Positions 27,488 through 37,404 are shown, counted from the stretch's first letter. The stretch: 64,000 bases of DNA from Nitrospirota bacterium (GCA_963663225.1 OY760142.1:1472001-1536000), one strand, 5' to 3'. A program made the numbers and translations. Notes: generated by a model from the letters alone, not told the origin.

Positions 27488-28012
27488 ATGTCTGTCCTGA
27501 GTAAGTTGAAAGAAGCGATTGTCTGCCTGAAGGCGGGGCGGGTAACGATGCCGTATCCGGCGCAACCCAAACCGGTGCCTCCGCGGTTCAGGGGCCGTCC
27601 CATCTGGAATGCGGCAAAATGCATCGGCTGCGCAGGCTGCGCGAACAATTGTCCGGCGCGGGAAATCCTCCTGTTTGACGTCTGCCAGGAGGTCCGCATT
27701 CTGAAATATCTCGGCCGCCGCTGCACCTACTGCGGACGGTGCGCGGAAGTCTGTCCCGAGAAAGCCATCACCATGAGCCAGGAGTTTGAGAACGCAACCA
27801 CCAGCATCAATGACATCAGCCAGAAACTCGACCTGTTCATGAGCACGTGCCAGCGCTGCGGACGGTGCTTCAAGGAGCCGTCGCCGCTGGAGCAGCTGAA
27901 ACTCAAAGGCTACCGGTTTGACGATTTGCAGAACGACCGGTGGGTGTTCCGCTCGCGGAGCTACGAAGAGGGCGAGCCGGTTCTCGACGATATCAAGATA
28001 GAAATGGATTAA
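27488..28012 (+). CDS. Hydrogenase 2x[4Fe-4S] subunit (HycF/NuoI-like)
   Basis: TMPYP...FRGRP, CIGCAGCANNCP, CTYCGRCAEVCP, additional CQRC. Confidence 0.92.
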   Translation: MSVLSKLKEAIVCLKAGRVTMPYPAQPKPVPPRFRGRPIWNAAKCIGCAGCANNCPAREILLFDVCQEVRILKYLGRRCTYCGRCAEVCPEKAITMSQEFENATTSINDISQKLDLFMSTCQRCGRCFKEPSPLEQLKLKGYRFDDLQNDRWVFRSRSYEEGEPVLDDIKIEMD

Positions 28013-28017
28013 CCGCC

Positions 28018-28554
28018 ATGTTAAAGGACCTCTGTAAAAAAATGTTCGGCCGTTCGCTCTGGGTGTATCACGCGAACAGCGGCGGCTGCAATGGCTGCGA
28101 TATCGAAGTGCTGAACGTGCTTACGCCCTACTATGACGCCGAGCGCTTCGGCATCAAGCTGGTCGGTTCTCCCCGCCACGCGGATGTCATGCTCTGCCAG
28201 GGGCCGGCCATGCGCTCCACCGCCAAAGCGCTGAAACGGGCGTATGAAGCGATGCCTGCTCCCAAGCTGGTGTTCGCAATCGGGCACTGCGCCTGCGGCG
28301 GCGGATTGTGGTATGATACGTACCCTGTCCTCGGGCCGGTTGAAAAAATCCTTCCCGTCAACTACTATATCCCCGGCTGCCCGCCGCGTCCGGAAGCCAT
28401 TATTTACGGCGTTGCGGTGGCCCTTGGCCTGGTGGAGAAAAAAGCGGCACCGGTGCAATTCAAGCAAACGGAATACGCCATTCCCCTTTACCATCCCAGT
28501 GATCTGCACGCACAGAATGAATTGGTAGTATACGAAAAGGTCGAGAAAATATAA
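28018..28554 (+). CDS. Hydrogenase small subunit (HycG/NuoB-like)
   Basis: GGCNGCDIE, SPRHADV, GHCACGGG, IPGCPPRP. Confidence 0.93.
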   Translation: MLKDLCKKMFGRSLWVYHANSGGCNGCDIEVLNVLTPYYDAERFGIKLVGSPRHADVMLCQGPAMRSTAKALKRAYEAMPAPKLVFAIGHCACGGGLWYDTYPVLGPVEKILPVNYYIPGCPPRPEAIIYGVAVALGLVEKKAAPVQFKQTEYAIPLYHPSDLHAQNELVVYEKVEKI

Positions 28555-28777
28555 CCGGTGCCCGAACCGTATGTTGCCAGAGAGGAAATCGCGCGACCGG
28601 CATTTTCCTCGTGAAAAAAACTACCCGCCTCTGCTTACGCCTCAGATTCATCGGCCGCAGCAAACAACAGCGAATCACCTCTGTACCACTTGAAAAATAT
28701 CCTGATTTGTGTATACTCCATGCAGAAAAGCTGCGAGTATGACCCTCCGGTGATTTTAAGAAGAGAACAGGGCCCTT

Positions 28778-29689
28778 ATGACGTCATTCAGAAGAAAACG
28801 GATAGGCGATATTCTCATTGCCAAGAAACTTATAACGCAGGCGCAGATCAGCACCATTCTGCCGAAGACTGACGGCAGCCGGACGCGGCTGGGAGAACTT
28901 CTGGTAGCCGAAGGACTGGTCAGCGAAGAAGACCTTGCGAAGGCCCTGGCAGAGCAGCGGGACCTGCCGTACGTCGATCTTATGAGCTTCCGGGTAGACC
29001 CGAAGTTTTTTGAAACCATCTCCGTCGACCTGATGCGGCGGTACCTGTTTGTCCCTTTGGAAGACGGCGGCGACGTGCTGATCGTGGCAATGTCCGATCC
29101 GAATAATCTTCCCGCAATCGACGAACTCGAAATGATCTTGAACCGTCAGATTGAACTCCGGGTAAGTACGCCGCATGACATTGAAGCCGTTCTGAGCAGG
29201 GGCGACAGCCCGGCGCCGACACTTCCCGAAACTCCGGCAGCGAATGATTTTCCCGCCGTAAAAACAGAGGATATTCTTTCCTTCTCATCGTTCAGCAGCG
29301 TCAAGCAGCCGGCTGCCAAACACACGCACCGCGTACAAAACCTGATTATCGTCGGCGATCGCATTCTTGTCGATCCTGATGAAGGCGCGGACAAAACGCC
29401 TTCAGGCTTGTATCTTCCCCCGACCGTGAAGGAAAAGGAAAAAATTCTCGGTGGAAAAGTGGTAAAGGTGGGCCCCGGTTATCCTATTCCGGACGCAATT
29501 CCGCACGAATCCTGGAGCCCGGGAAAGAATGCGATAAAATATCTTCCGCTCCAGGCATTGGAAGGCGATTATGCCATTTTTCTCAGAGAGTCGGCGATTG
29601 AAATTGAACTTGAAGAAAAAAAATATTTAATTGTTCCCCACTCAGCCATTCTCGCTTTGTTCAGAACAGACCTGCCTGAAGAAATTTGA
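28778..29689 (+). CDS. MshEN/T2SSE_N domain fused to a GroES (Cpn10) domain
   Basis: RLGELLVAEGLVSEEDLAKALAEQ and VAMSDPNNL in the N-terminal part; GDRILV...KTPSGLYLP...GKVVKVGPG...EGD...YLIV...ILA in the C-terminal part. Confidence 0.85.
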   Translation: MTSFRRKRIGDILIAKKLITQAQISTILPKTDGSRTRLGELLVAEGLVSEEDLAKALAEQRDLPYVDLMSFRVDPKFFETISVDLMRRYLFVPLEDGGDVLIVAMSDPNNLPAIDELEMILNRQIELRVSTPHDIEAVLSRGDSPAPTLPETPAANDFPAVKTEDILSFSSFSSVKQPAAKHTHRVQNLIIVGDRILVDPDEGADKTPSGLYLPPTVKEKEKILGGKVVKVGPGYPIPDAIPHESWSPGKNAIKYLPLQALEGDYAIFLRESAIEIELEEKKYLIVPHSAILALFRTDLPEEI

Positions 29690-30096
29690 CCAATAAACTC
29701 CTTCCCATGCCTTTCGCATATCCAAAAGAGTAGCAGCAAGTGCCCAACTGAAGCGTGTCTCCGCGTTTTTCTTGCTTCACCTTCCTGCCGTTTTCCAAGA
29801 AGCGCACATTATGCCGTCCAGACCAGATCACACAGCGGTTGTTCTAAGTATGATAGAATTAGGCAGGAAAACAAAAGAATTGTGTCTTTATAAACTGTTT
29901 GTTCGTGACCACTATTCAAATATTCAGCCAGGATGTTCTTCTGTAGAAATTTCAAAAATAGAACTTTATGCGTACAGGAGTGGGAAAGAATGAGGAAACG
30001 TACGGCCGCGCTATTCGGACAGGTTGTTATGGGCGGCAGGTACTTATCTAAATGGCACGAAGATATCAGGAATACATTAAAAAAGGAGGCTGCCCA

Positions 30097-31143
30097 ATGC
30101 AGAATATTCCAGCGTATGCCGCATTAACAGCAAAGGCGCAATTGGTACCGTATTCCATCTCGCGCCGTGAACCGGGTCCAAAGGATGTTTTGATCGATAT
30201 TCTTTACTGCGGGATTTGTCATTCCGACATTCATCAGGTCCGAGATGAATGGGGTGGGGCCATCTTCCCCATGGTACCGGGCCATGAAATTGTGGGGAAA
30301 ATAGCGAAAACCGGCAGCGAGGTCAAAAAATGGAAAACAGGAGACATTGTCGGGGTCGGCTGTTTTGTTGATTCCTGCCGCAAATGCGATGCCTGCAAAG
30401 ACGGAGAAGAGCAATTCTGCGAAGAAGGGATGACTCTTACCTACAACAGCTACGAGCGGGACGGCAAGACGCCCACGTATGGAGGCTACTCCACCCGCAT
30501 TACCGTAAACGAAGACTATGTGCTGAGAATCCCAGGCGGACTGCCGCTCGAACGCGTGGCACCGCTTCTGTGCGCGGGCATTACCACATACTCGCCGCTG
30601 CGGCGTTTCGGTGTCAAATCAGGAGACGCCATAGCGGTAGTCGGGCTGGGAGGGCTTGGCCATATGGGGGTGAAACTGGCAAAAGCCATGGGGGCGCACG
30701 TAACGGTGCTGAGCCATTCGCCGAGCAAGCGCGACGATGCGCTGCGTCTCGGTGCGGACGATTTCATCGCCACCCGCGACGAACAGACGTTCAAGCACAA
30801 TGCGAAACGGTTTGATTTTATTCTCGACACGGTATCGGCGATGCACGACTATAATGCGTATCTTAACCTGCTGCGCCACGACGGAACCATGGTGTTGGTC
30901 GGAATTCCCGATCCGACACCGCTGTCGGCCGCGCCTCTTGTCATGCAGCGCCGCAAGTTGGCGGGGTCGCTTATTGGAGGAATCCGCGAGACCCAGGAAA
31001 TGCTGGATTTTTGCGCGAAACACGGAGTGGCTTCCGATGTTGAAGTGATTCCGATTCAGAAAATAAATGAAGCATATGAACGCGTGGTCAAAAGCGACGT
31101 GCGATATCGCTTTGTAATCGATATGGCCAGTCTTAAATCCTGA
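30097..31143 (+). CDS. Zn-dependent NAD(P)H aldehyde reductase / cinnamyl-alcohol dehydrogenase family
   Basis: CGICHSD, GHEIVG, structural Zn cysteines, LLCAGITTYSPL, GLGGLG, DVRYRFVID; AGGAGG RBS. Confidence 0.95.
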   Translation: MQNIPAYAALTAKAQLVPYSISRREPGPKDVLIDILYCGICHSDIHQVRDEWGGAIFPMVPGHEIVGKIAKTGSEVKKWKTGDIVGVGCFVDSCRKCDACKDGEEQFCEEGMTLTYNSYERDGKTPTYGGYSTRITVNEDYVLRIPGGLPLERVAPLLCAGITTYSPLRRFGVKSGDAIAVVGLGGLGHMGVKLAKAMGAHVTVLSHSPSKRDDALRLGADDFIATRDEQTFKHNAKRFDFILDTVSAMHDYNAYLNLLRHDGTMVLVGIPDPTPLSAAPLVMQRRKLAGSLIGGIRETQEMLDFCAKHGVASDVEVIPIQKINEAYERVVKSDVRYRFVIDMASLKS

Positions 31144-31219
31144 GCAGGAGTCGCAACCATCGTGATCCGGCAGCGGATCAATCTGCATTTCTTGAAGCTT
31201 CACCCGCGGCATGGAGCAG

Positions 31220-32599
31220 CTATGATGCCATTTCTTTTATGTGCTGAATAATCGAGTTCACAGCCTGCTGCGCGCTGCCATAAAGCATGCGGGTATTCTC
31301 AGCGTAGAAAAGCGAATTTTCGATGCCAGAATATCCCGCCCCTTTGCCGCGCTTGATCACGATAACGTTTTGCGCTTTGTCTGCGTCCAGGATAGGCATG
31401 CCGTAAATGGGGCTCGACTTGTCAATGCGCGCGACGGGGTTAACCACATCGTTCGCGCCGATGACGAGGGCCACATCAGCCTGGGGAAACTCTGCGTTTA
31501 TTTCCTCCAGGTCAAAAATCTTGTCGTAGGGGACTCCGGCTTCGGCAAGCAGAACGTTCATGTGGCCCGGCATGCGCCCTGCCACAGGATGTATCGCAAA
31601 CTTGACTTCCACGCCCGCTTCCTCCAGAAGTTTGGCCATTTCCCATACCTTATGCTGTGCCTGCGCCACCGCCATGCCGTAGCCAGGCACAATAATGACC
31701 TTGCGCGCGTAGCGCATCATTGCAGCCGCATCAAGCGCGGTGACTTCCTTCATGGTGCCGCTCATGCCTGCAGCGCCTGTCTGCACCTCGCCGGTGATGG
31801 GATTAAACAGGATGTTTGTCAGCGAGCGGTTCATTGCTTTTGCCATGAGCTGGGTAAGCAGTGTTCCTGCCGCACCGACCACAATCCCGGCGATGATAAG
31901 GGCGGGGTTTGCAAGCACGAAACCTTCGAAGCCAACGGCAAGACCGGTCGTTGCGTTAAACAGGGAAATTACGACAGGCATGTCGGCACCGCCTATGGGG
32001 GCCGTAATAATCACGCCCAGCGCCAGAGCAAGAGCAAAAAGAAGGGCAATCAGATACGGAGCAGGATGGGGAGAGGTGACAACCAAGATGCCGGCCAGAA
32101 TGGTGAGGGCATTCAGGACGATATTAACGACATTATGGAACGGCAAACGGAGCGCTTTCTGCATAATGCCCTGCAATTTCGCGAATGCTATGCAGGAACC
32201 GGAGAATGATACAGCGCCCATGATGGCGCCTACAACCGCAAGCGCAACCACGATGGTGTTGTGAGACTCACAGCAGGAGAGCTTGATTGCGGCTATTGCC
32301 GCAGCCGCTCCACCGCCCATGCCGTTGTAGACGGCGACCATCTGGGGCATATTGGTTATTTTTACCGTCTTGCCGGACCACCAAGCCGCCCCGCCGCCGA
32401 TGACGAGCGCTATAATCATCAGGAGGTAATTCTCCATGCCGGGCCAGGCAAACGTCACCAGAGTGGCGAGCATCATGCCGATGCCCGCCCACAGGATGCC
32501 CCGCCGGGCGGTAACCGGAGAAGACATGCTTTTCAAACCGAGAATAAACAGCACGGCGACCGCAAAATAACTCGCATTGATAAAAGGGGGCGTTGTCAT
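31220..32599 (-). CDS. pntB: NAD(P) transhydrogenase beta subunit
   Basis: IGGADMPVVIS, PGYGMAVAQAQH, HPVAGRMPGHMNVLLAEA. Confidence 0.97.
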   Translation of the reverse strand: MTTPPFINASYFAVAVLFILGLKSMSSPVTARRGILWAGIGMMLATLVTFAWPGMENYLLMIIALVIGGGAAWWSGKTVKITNMPQMVAVYNGMGGGAAAAIAAIKLSCCESHNTIVVALAVVGAIMGAVSFSGSCIAFAKLQGIMQKALRLPFHNVVNIVLNALTILAGILVVTSPHPAPYLIALLFALALALGVIITAPIGGADMPVVISLFNATTGLAVGFEGFVLANPALIIAGIVVGAAGTLLTQLMAKAMNRSLTNILFNPITGEVQTGAAGMSGTMKEVTALDAAAMMRYARKVIIVPGYGMAVAQAQHKVWEMAKLLEEAGVEVKFAIHPVAGRMPGHMNVLLAEAGVPYDKIFDLEEINAEFPQADVALVIGANDVVNPVARIDKSSPIYGMPILDADKAQNVIVIKRGKGAGYSGIENSLFYAENTRMLYGSAQQAVNSIIQHIKEMAS

Positions 32600-32883
32600 G
32601 TGCGGTCCTTTCTGCTTTTAAACATGGCAAGCATGCGTTCCGTCACCACATAGCCGCCGGCCGCGTTTGCCGCGCCGAGCAATACTGCAAAAAAACCGAT
32701 CCCTTTTTCAAGCGGTGTCTGCGCTTCCCCCAAGGCGACCATGGCGCCCACAAGCACCACGCCATGGACGAAGTTTGCCCCGGACATGAGGGGTGTATGG
32801 AGAATCACAGGCACTTTGGAAATAACTTCGTAGCCGGTAAATGCGGCCAGCATAAAAATATATAGTGCTAGAAATCCTTCCAT
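32596..32883 (-). CDS. pntA: NAD(P) transhydrogenase alpha-2 (membrane) subunit
   Basis: LHTPLMSGAN, GGYVVTERMLAMF; GGAGG RBS. Confidence 0.93.
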   Translation of the reverse strand: MEGFLALYIFMLAAFTGYEVISKVPVILHTPLMSGANFVHGVVLVGAMVALGEAQTPLEKGIGFFAVLLGAANAAGGYVVTERMLAMFKSRKDRT

Positions 32884-32942
32884 CAGCGACCTCCATCCGA
32901 TCAGAAATAAGACACCTAGAAAAAAATCCGTGAGTAAACGGT

Positions 32943-34067
32943 TCAAAGAATGTCCAGTGCTTTTTTAGCGCTTTCGTTTCGCACCTGCCCTGCATGCGTG
33001 AACACGCTGCCCGCAAGTATTTCATCGTTCCAGTCGAGCTGGAGTTCACCGTTCTTGAGAAAGGGAGAGATGAAGTTAAACAAGTTTTTCGAATACATTT
33101 CCGAAGCATGGACCGGCATGCGGGACGGAAGATTGCCGGTGCCGATGATGTTTACTCCGCTGACAACAACGGTTTTCCTGGGCTGTGATCCGGCAACGTT
33201 TCCGCCTGCATCTGCGGCCATGTCCACGATGACGGACCCCTGTCTCATTCCGCGCACCATGTCTTCCGTGACAATGAGCGGGCTCCGCTTCCCCGGAACG
33301 GCTGCAGTGGTAATCAAGACGTCAGCCTGTGAAACCGCTTTTGCCAGCCTTTCCCGCTGTTTGTTCTTTTCATCGCTTGTCAATTCGCGTGCATAGCCGC
33401 CGGCACCGCTTGCGGCGACCCCGGTATCGACGAATTTCGCACCCAGCGATTCTACCTGTTCTCTGGTTTCAGGCCGGACATCGTACGCCTCGACAATTGC
33501 CCCCAGACGATGGACCGTTGCTATGGCTTGCAGCCCCGCCACACCTGCGCCTATTACCAGTACCCGGGCCGGACGCAGCGTTCCTGCGGCGTACGTCAGC
33601 ATGGGGAAAAACTTTGGAGAAAGCACGGCGGCAAGAAGAGCGCATTGGTACCCTGCAATGGCGGCCTGCGATGAGAGCGCGTCCATGCTTTGGGCGCGGG
33701 AAACGCGGGGAATCAATTCGACCGCAAAACTCGTGATGTTCTGACTGCACAGCAGAACTGCACGTTCCTTGTTTTGGTAGGGGGCAAGAAAACCGATAAG
33801 GACGGTGCCCTGATGCATCGCGCGTATTTCCTCAAGCGTGGGAGGTTGCACTTTGAGAATAACGCCTGACTTGGAAAATATTTCAGTATTGTCCGCGAGG
33901 CAGGCAGTGCCGAAGTCGTCATCAGAAATATAGCTGCCCGCTCCCGCTCCTCGCTCCAGGCAACATCGCGCGCCGAGCGCGCTGAATTTTTTCACTACTT
34001 CTGGCACTATCGCTACGCGTCGTTCTTCAGGGTCTGTTTCATGAGGCACACCAATTACAAGGGGCAT
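32943..34067 (-). CDS. pntA: NAD(P) transhydrogenase alpha-1 subunit
   Basis: ERRVA, RAQSMDALSSQ, GAGVAGLQAIAT, GGYAREL. Confidence 0.95.
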   Translation of the reverse strand: MPLVIGVPHETDPEERRVAIVPEVVKKFSALGARCCLERGAGAGSYISDDDFGTACLADNTEIFSKSGVILKVQPPTLEEIRAMHQGTVLIGFLAPYQNKERAVLLCSQNITSFAVELIPRVSRAQSMDALSSQAAIAGYQCALLAAVLSPKFFPMLTYAAGTLRPARVLVIGAGVAGLQAIATVHRLGAIVEAYDVRPETREQVESLGAKFVDTGVAASGAGGYARELTSDEKNKQRERLAKAVSQADVLITTAAVPGKRSPLIVTEDMVRGMRQGSVIVDMAADAGGNVAGSQPRKTVVVSGVNIIGTGNLPSRMPVHASEMYSKNLFNFISPFLKNGELQLDWNDEILAGSVFTHAGQVRNESAKKALDIL

Positions 34068-34723
34068 ACTCTTGTTCCTCCGCTCCGTTGCTTACGTATT
34101 TCAATGCTGAAAACAGACAAGGGTGCGACCATACGCATTTATTATAGCATTATTTTTTTGCAATGGCCGTGCCGCTGATCCAAACTATGGACGGGCCATT
34201 GTTCCCCTCTAATGGTCGAACCAGTATTCCTTTTCCTGGATGAACCAGTGTTCCGGACGAATGCTCGCGAAAAAAACAAGAAAGTGCTTGCATTCAAATC
34301 TGATTGGTTTTAAGATAATTACAGTAATTGAAAAAGTTGCAAACTGAAACTAATTTTTCCCTGCCTTGTTTTGCCGGTTTTTGACTAATGAATTGCTGCT
34401 GCCCGTGGCAATGGCCGACTTGTATACTGTTAGGAATGCAAGATGCTGCTGTCATTTACCGCTGATCGAGAACGATAGAACGTTTTTAACTCTAGAATAG
34501 CGGGAATTCGCCAGATCTGAAGGCCTGTGTTTACGTCTGCATACCTGCCATGGGAAGATAATCTCACCATTGCTTTTTCACCACAGCTCAACGATGCCGG
34601 ACCATGCGGGAAAGACAGCATTTTTCGCACTGCTAACTAAAGAAGACTGTTTCTCCGGGATGTCATAAACATAAATTTTCCGAAAATTCAGGATATCGTC
34701 ATTTTGTAAGAAAGGGGAAAAAA

Positions 34724-35278
34724 ATGTTTGAGATGTTCAAGGTCAAGGCAGAAGCAGTGGGCGCCGAAGTCCACCGCTTTCGCACGAAGGCAGAAGCACT
34801 CGGATTTATTGAGGACTTTATGAAGAAGGCTGGTACGAAAGATGCACCCGGTTCATATGCAATCTGGCCGGAGAGCTCGATTTTGAAGGAATTCGATGCC
34901 CAAGGACTTGCGGACAGAGTACCCGGCTTAAAATTTCAGATAACCCGTCAGCTGGCAAAAGATTCTTTGATCGGTATTACCCAAATGGAGTGGGGAATTG
35001 CCAACAGCGGCACCGTCGTGAAAGACACTACCGCCGTTGAGCAGCGTCTGGCTGCCGCACTCTCAAATATTCATATCGCCCTGCTTGCAACAAACAGCAT
35101 TGTTGCAGATTTAGCGACGCTGTTGTCAAAAGTAGATCCCGGCAAGAGCGGCTATATCGCGCTGACCACCGGACCAAGCCGGACCGCCGACATCGAACGT
35201 GTGCTTGCCATAGGCGTTCACGGACCTGAGCGGCTTGTGATTGTCTGTATCGATGATTTAGGAGGTATGAAGTCATGA
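34724..35278 (+). CDS. Lactate utilisation protein, LUD domain (LutC/LldG-like)
   Basis: TTGPSRTADIERVLAIGVHGP. Confidence 0.9.
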   Translation: MFEMFKVKAEAVGAEVHRFRTKAEALGFIEDFMKKAGTKDAPGSYAIWPESSILKEFDAQGLADRVPGLKFQITRQLAKDSLIGITQMEWGIANSGTVVKDTTAVEQRLAAALSNIHIALLATNSIVADLATLLSKVDPGKSGYIALTTGPSRTADIERVLAIGVHGPERLVIVCIDDLGGMKS

Positions 35279-37404
35279 AAAAAGCATTTACGGAATCCAT
35301 AGACCGGGCCCTGAAAAATCAGAACCTGGGAGGCATCCTCGACCGGTGGAATTATCCCGCTGCGCGCGCAAAGGCGCTGGAGGGCCTCGATTTTGAGGCG
35401 CTCAGAACACAGATCGCTGAAATTAAAAACAATGCCGCCAGCCGCCTTGATGAACTGGCAGAAAAATTCAAAAAATCCGCAGAGGCCCGCGGCGCAAAGG
35501 TTTTCATTGCCAACAGCCACCAGGCCGTCAAGGACTATATCCTGAATCTCTGCAAGGAAAAAGGCGTTAAGAAAGTCGCCAAATCAAAGTCGATGGCCTC
35601 CGAAGAGCTCCATCTGAACAAGTTCCTTGAAAAACACGGCATTCATGCGGATGAGACGGACCTCGGTGAATGGATTGTTCAGCTTGCCCATCAGACACCG
35701 TCTCATTTTGTCATGCCGGCCCTGCATCTCACCAAGGAAGAGATTTCCGGTCTCTTCAGCAAAGAAGTCAATAGAACGCTGTCCAGCGACCCCCAGCAGC
35801 TGGTAAAGGTTGCCAGAAAGGAATTGCGCGAGAAATTCTTCAAGGCGGACCTGGGCGTCAGCGGCGCCAACATCGCCATCGCGGAAACCGGAACAATCGT
35901 TACGGTCACGAATGAAGGCAACGCCCGCCTCGTTACGACGCTTCCCAAAACACACGTGGCCATCGTGGGCCTTGAAAAGCTGGTGGAGAAATATTCCGAC
36001 GCGGCTCCGATTCTGACTGCCCTGCCCCGATGCGCAACCAGCCAGCTTATGACCAGCTATGTTACTCTTATCACCGGACCGACCCCGAACGATGATGGAT
36101 CGATGAAGGACCTCCATATCATTCTCATGAATAATAAACGGACCATCATGGCAAACGATCCAAAATTCAAGGAAGCGCTCCAGTGTATTCGCTGTGCATC
36201 CTGCCTGAACGTCTGTCCTGTCTACCGGCTGGTGGGCGGGCATGTCTTCGGGGGGCATGTCTATAGCGGCGGGATCGGCACCATTTTGACCGCGTGGTTC
36301 AATGAACTGAAACAGACGGAAGACATTCAGGGCCTGTGCATCGGCTGCGGAAAGTGCAAGGAGGTCTGTCCCGGGAAAATAGACATTCCGGAACTGATTC
36401 TTGAGGTCCGTCGGCGATTGACAACGAAGCAGGGGCTGCCGTTCATCTACAAAAGCGCCTTGTCGATCATTAATAACCGCAGATTTTTCCATACCATGCT
36501 GCGGGCCGCTTCCATTGCCCAGAAGCCGTTTGCCAAGGAAGGCTTCATCCGCCACCTTCCCATGTTTCTGTCCGGTCTTTCCGAGTACCGGAGCCTTCCG
36601 ACCATTGCGCCTGTACCGTTCCGTGATCTGTTCAAAAAGATCAAACAGCCGCCGAGCAAAACAAAAATTGCGTTTTTCTCCGGGTGCGCCATTGACTTTG
36701 TGTTCCCCAGAATCGGTGAAGCCCTGGTCAAGGTGCTGAATAAGGCGGGGATTGAAGTTGTTTTCCCGGATTCGCAGTCATGCTGCGGCATCCCGCACTG
36801 GGGCAGCGGCGCTTTTGACATGGCGGCCCTGGCAGCGGCCCACAATATCAAGCCGCTTCTTGCGGAAGACGTGCAGTATGTGGTTACCGCTTGCGCGACC
36901 TGCGCGACGGCCCTCAAAAAAGAATGGCCGCATGTGCTGAAAGATGAGAAGATGGAGGCACTGGTCCCCGATGCTGAGAAACTGGCTGCAAAGACAGTGA
37001 TGTTCTCGGAATTAGTGAATAAGCTGATAGAAGAGAAGAAACTGACCCCAAAGGATGGGCAGCAACTGCAAAGAATCACCTATCATGACTCCTGTCATGC
37101 TAGACGGCACGTGGGGATTTATAAAGAACCTCGTGCGGCACTTACTGCGGCTGGATATGAGCTGAAGGAAATGGTGGAACACGATACCTGCTGCGGCATG
37201 GGCGGATCGTACACGGTGAAACAGCCGAAGCTTTCCATGAAAATGCTCCAGCGGAAACTGAAAAATATTGAGGATACGGGTGCGGAATATGTATGTGCCG
37301 AGTGCCCCGGTTGTCTCATTCAGCTGGCTGGAGGGCTGGATAAATCAGGATCAAAAATAAAGGCAAAGCATCCGGCAGAGCTGCTGCTGGAAAAACTGAA
37401 ATAA
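35275..37404 (+). CDS. L-lactate dehydrogenase Fe-S large subunit (LutB+LutA fusion, LldH-like)
   Basis: KSKSMASEE, ETDLGEWI, TNEGN, CIRCASCLNVCP, CIGCGKCKEVCP, then two CCG domains. Confidence 0.9.
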   Translation: MKKAFTESIDRALKNQNLGGILDRWNYPAARAKALEGLDFEALRTQIAEIKNNAASRLDELAEKFKKSAEARGAKVFIANSHQAVKDYILNLCKEKGVKKVAKSKSMASEELHLNKFLEKHGIHADETDLGEWIVQLAHQTPSHFVMPALHLTKEEISGLFSKEVNRTLSSDPQQLVKVARKELREKFFKADLGVSGANIAIAETGTIVTVTNEGNARLVTTLPKTHVAIVGLEKLVEKYSDAAPILTALPRCATSQLMTSYVTLITGPTPNDDGSMKDLHIILMNNKRTIMANDPKFKEALQCIRCASCLNVCPVYRLVGGHVFGGHVYSGGIGTILTAWFNELKQTEDIQGLCIGCGKCKEVCPGKIDIPELILEVRRRLTTKQGLPFIYKSALSIINNRRFFHTMLRAASIAQKPFAKEGFIRHLPMFLSGLSEYRSLPTIAPVPFRDLFKKIKQPPSKTKIAFFSGCAIDFVFPRIGEALVKVLNKAGIEVVFPDSQSCCGIPHWGSGAFDMAALAAAHNIKPLLAEDVQYVVTACATCATALKKEWPHVLKDEKMEALVPDAEKLAAKTVMFSELVNKLIEEKKLTPKDGQQLQRITYHDSCHARRHVGIYKEPRAALTAAGYELKEMVEHDTCCGMGGSYTVKQPKLSMKMLQRKLKNIEDTGAEYVCAECPGCLIQLAGGLDKSGSKIKAKHPAELLLEKLK

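Noticed and set aside
22886-28554. NADH dehydrogenase (nuo) or Ehr complex
   Set aside because: Both Ni-binding CxxC motifs, the C-terminal extension and a maturation protease are present, which indicates a [NiFe]-hydrogenase.
29690-30096. Short ORFs 29772-29993 and 29933-30127
   Set aside because: No RBS or motif; most likely the promoter region of the aldehyde reductase.
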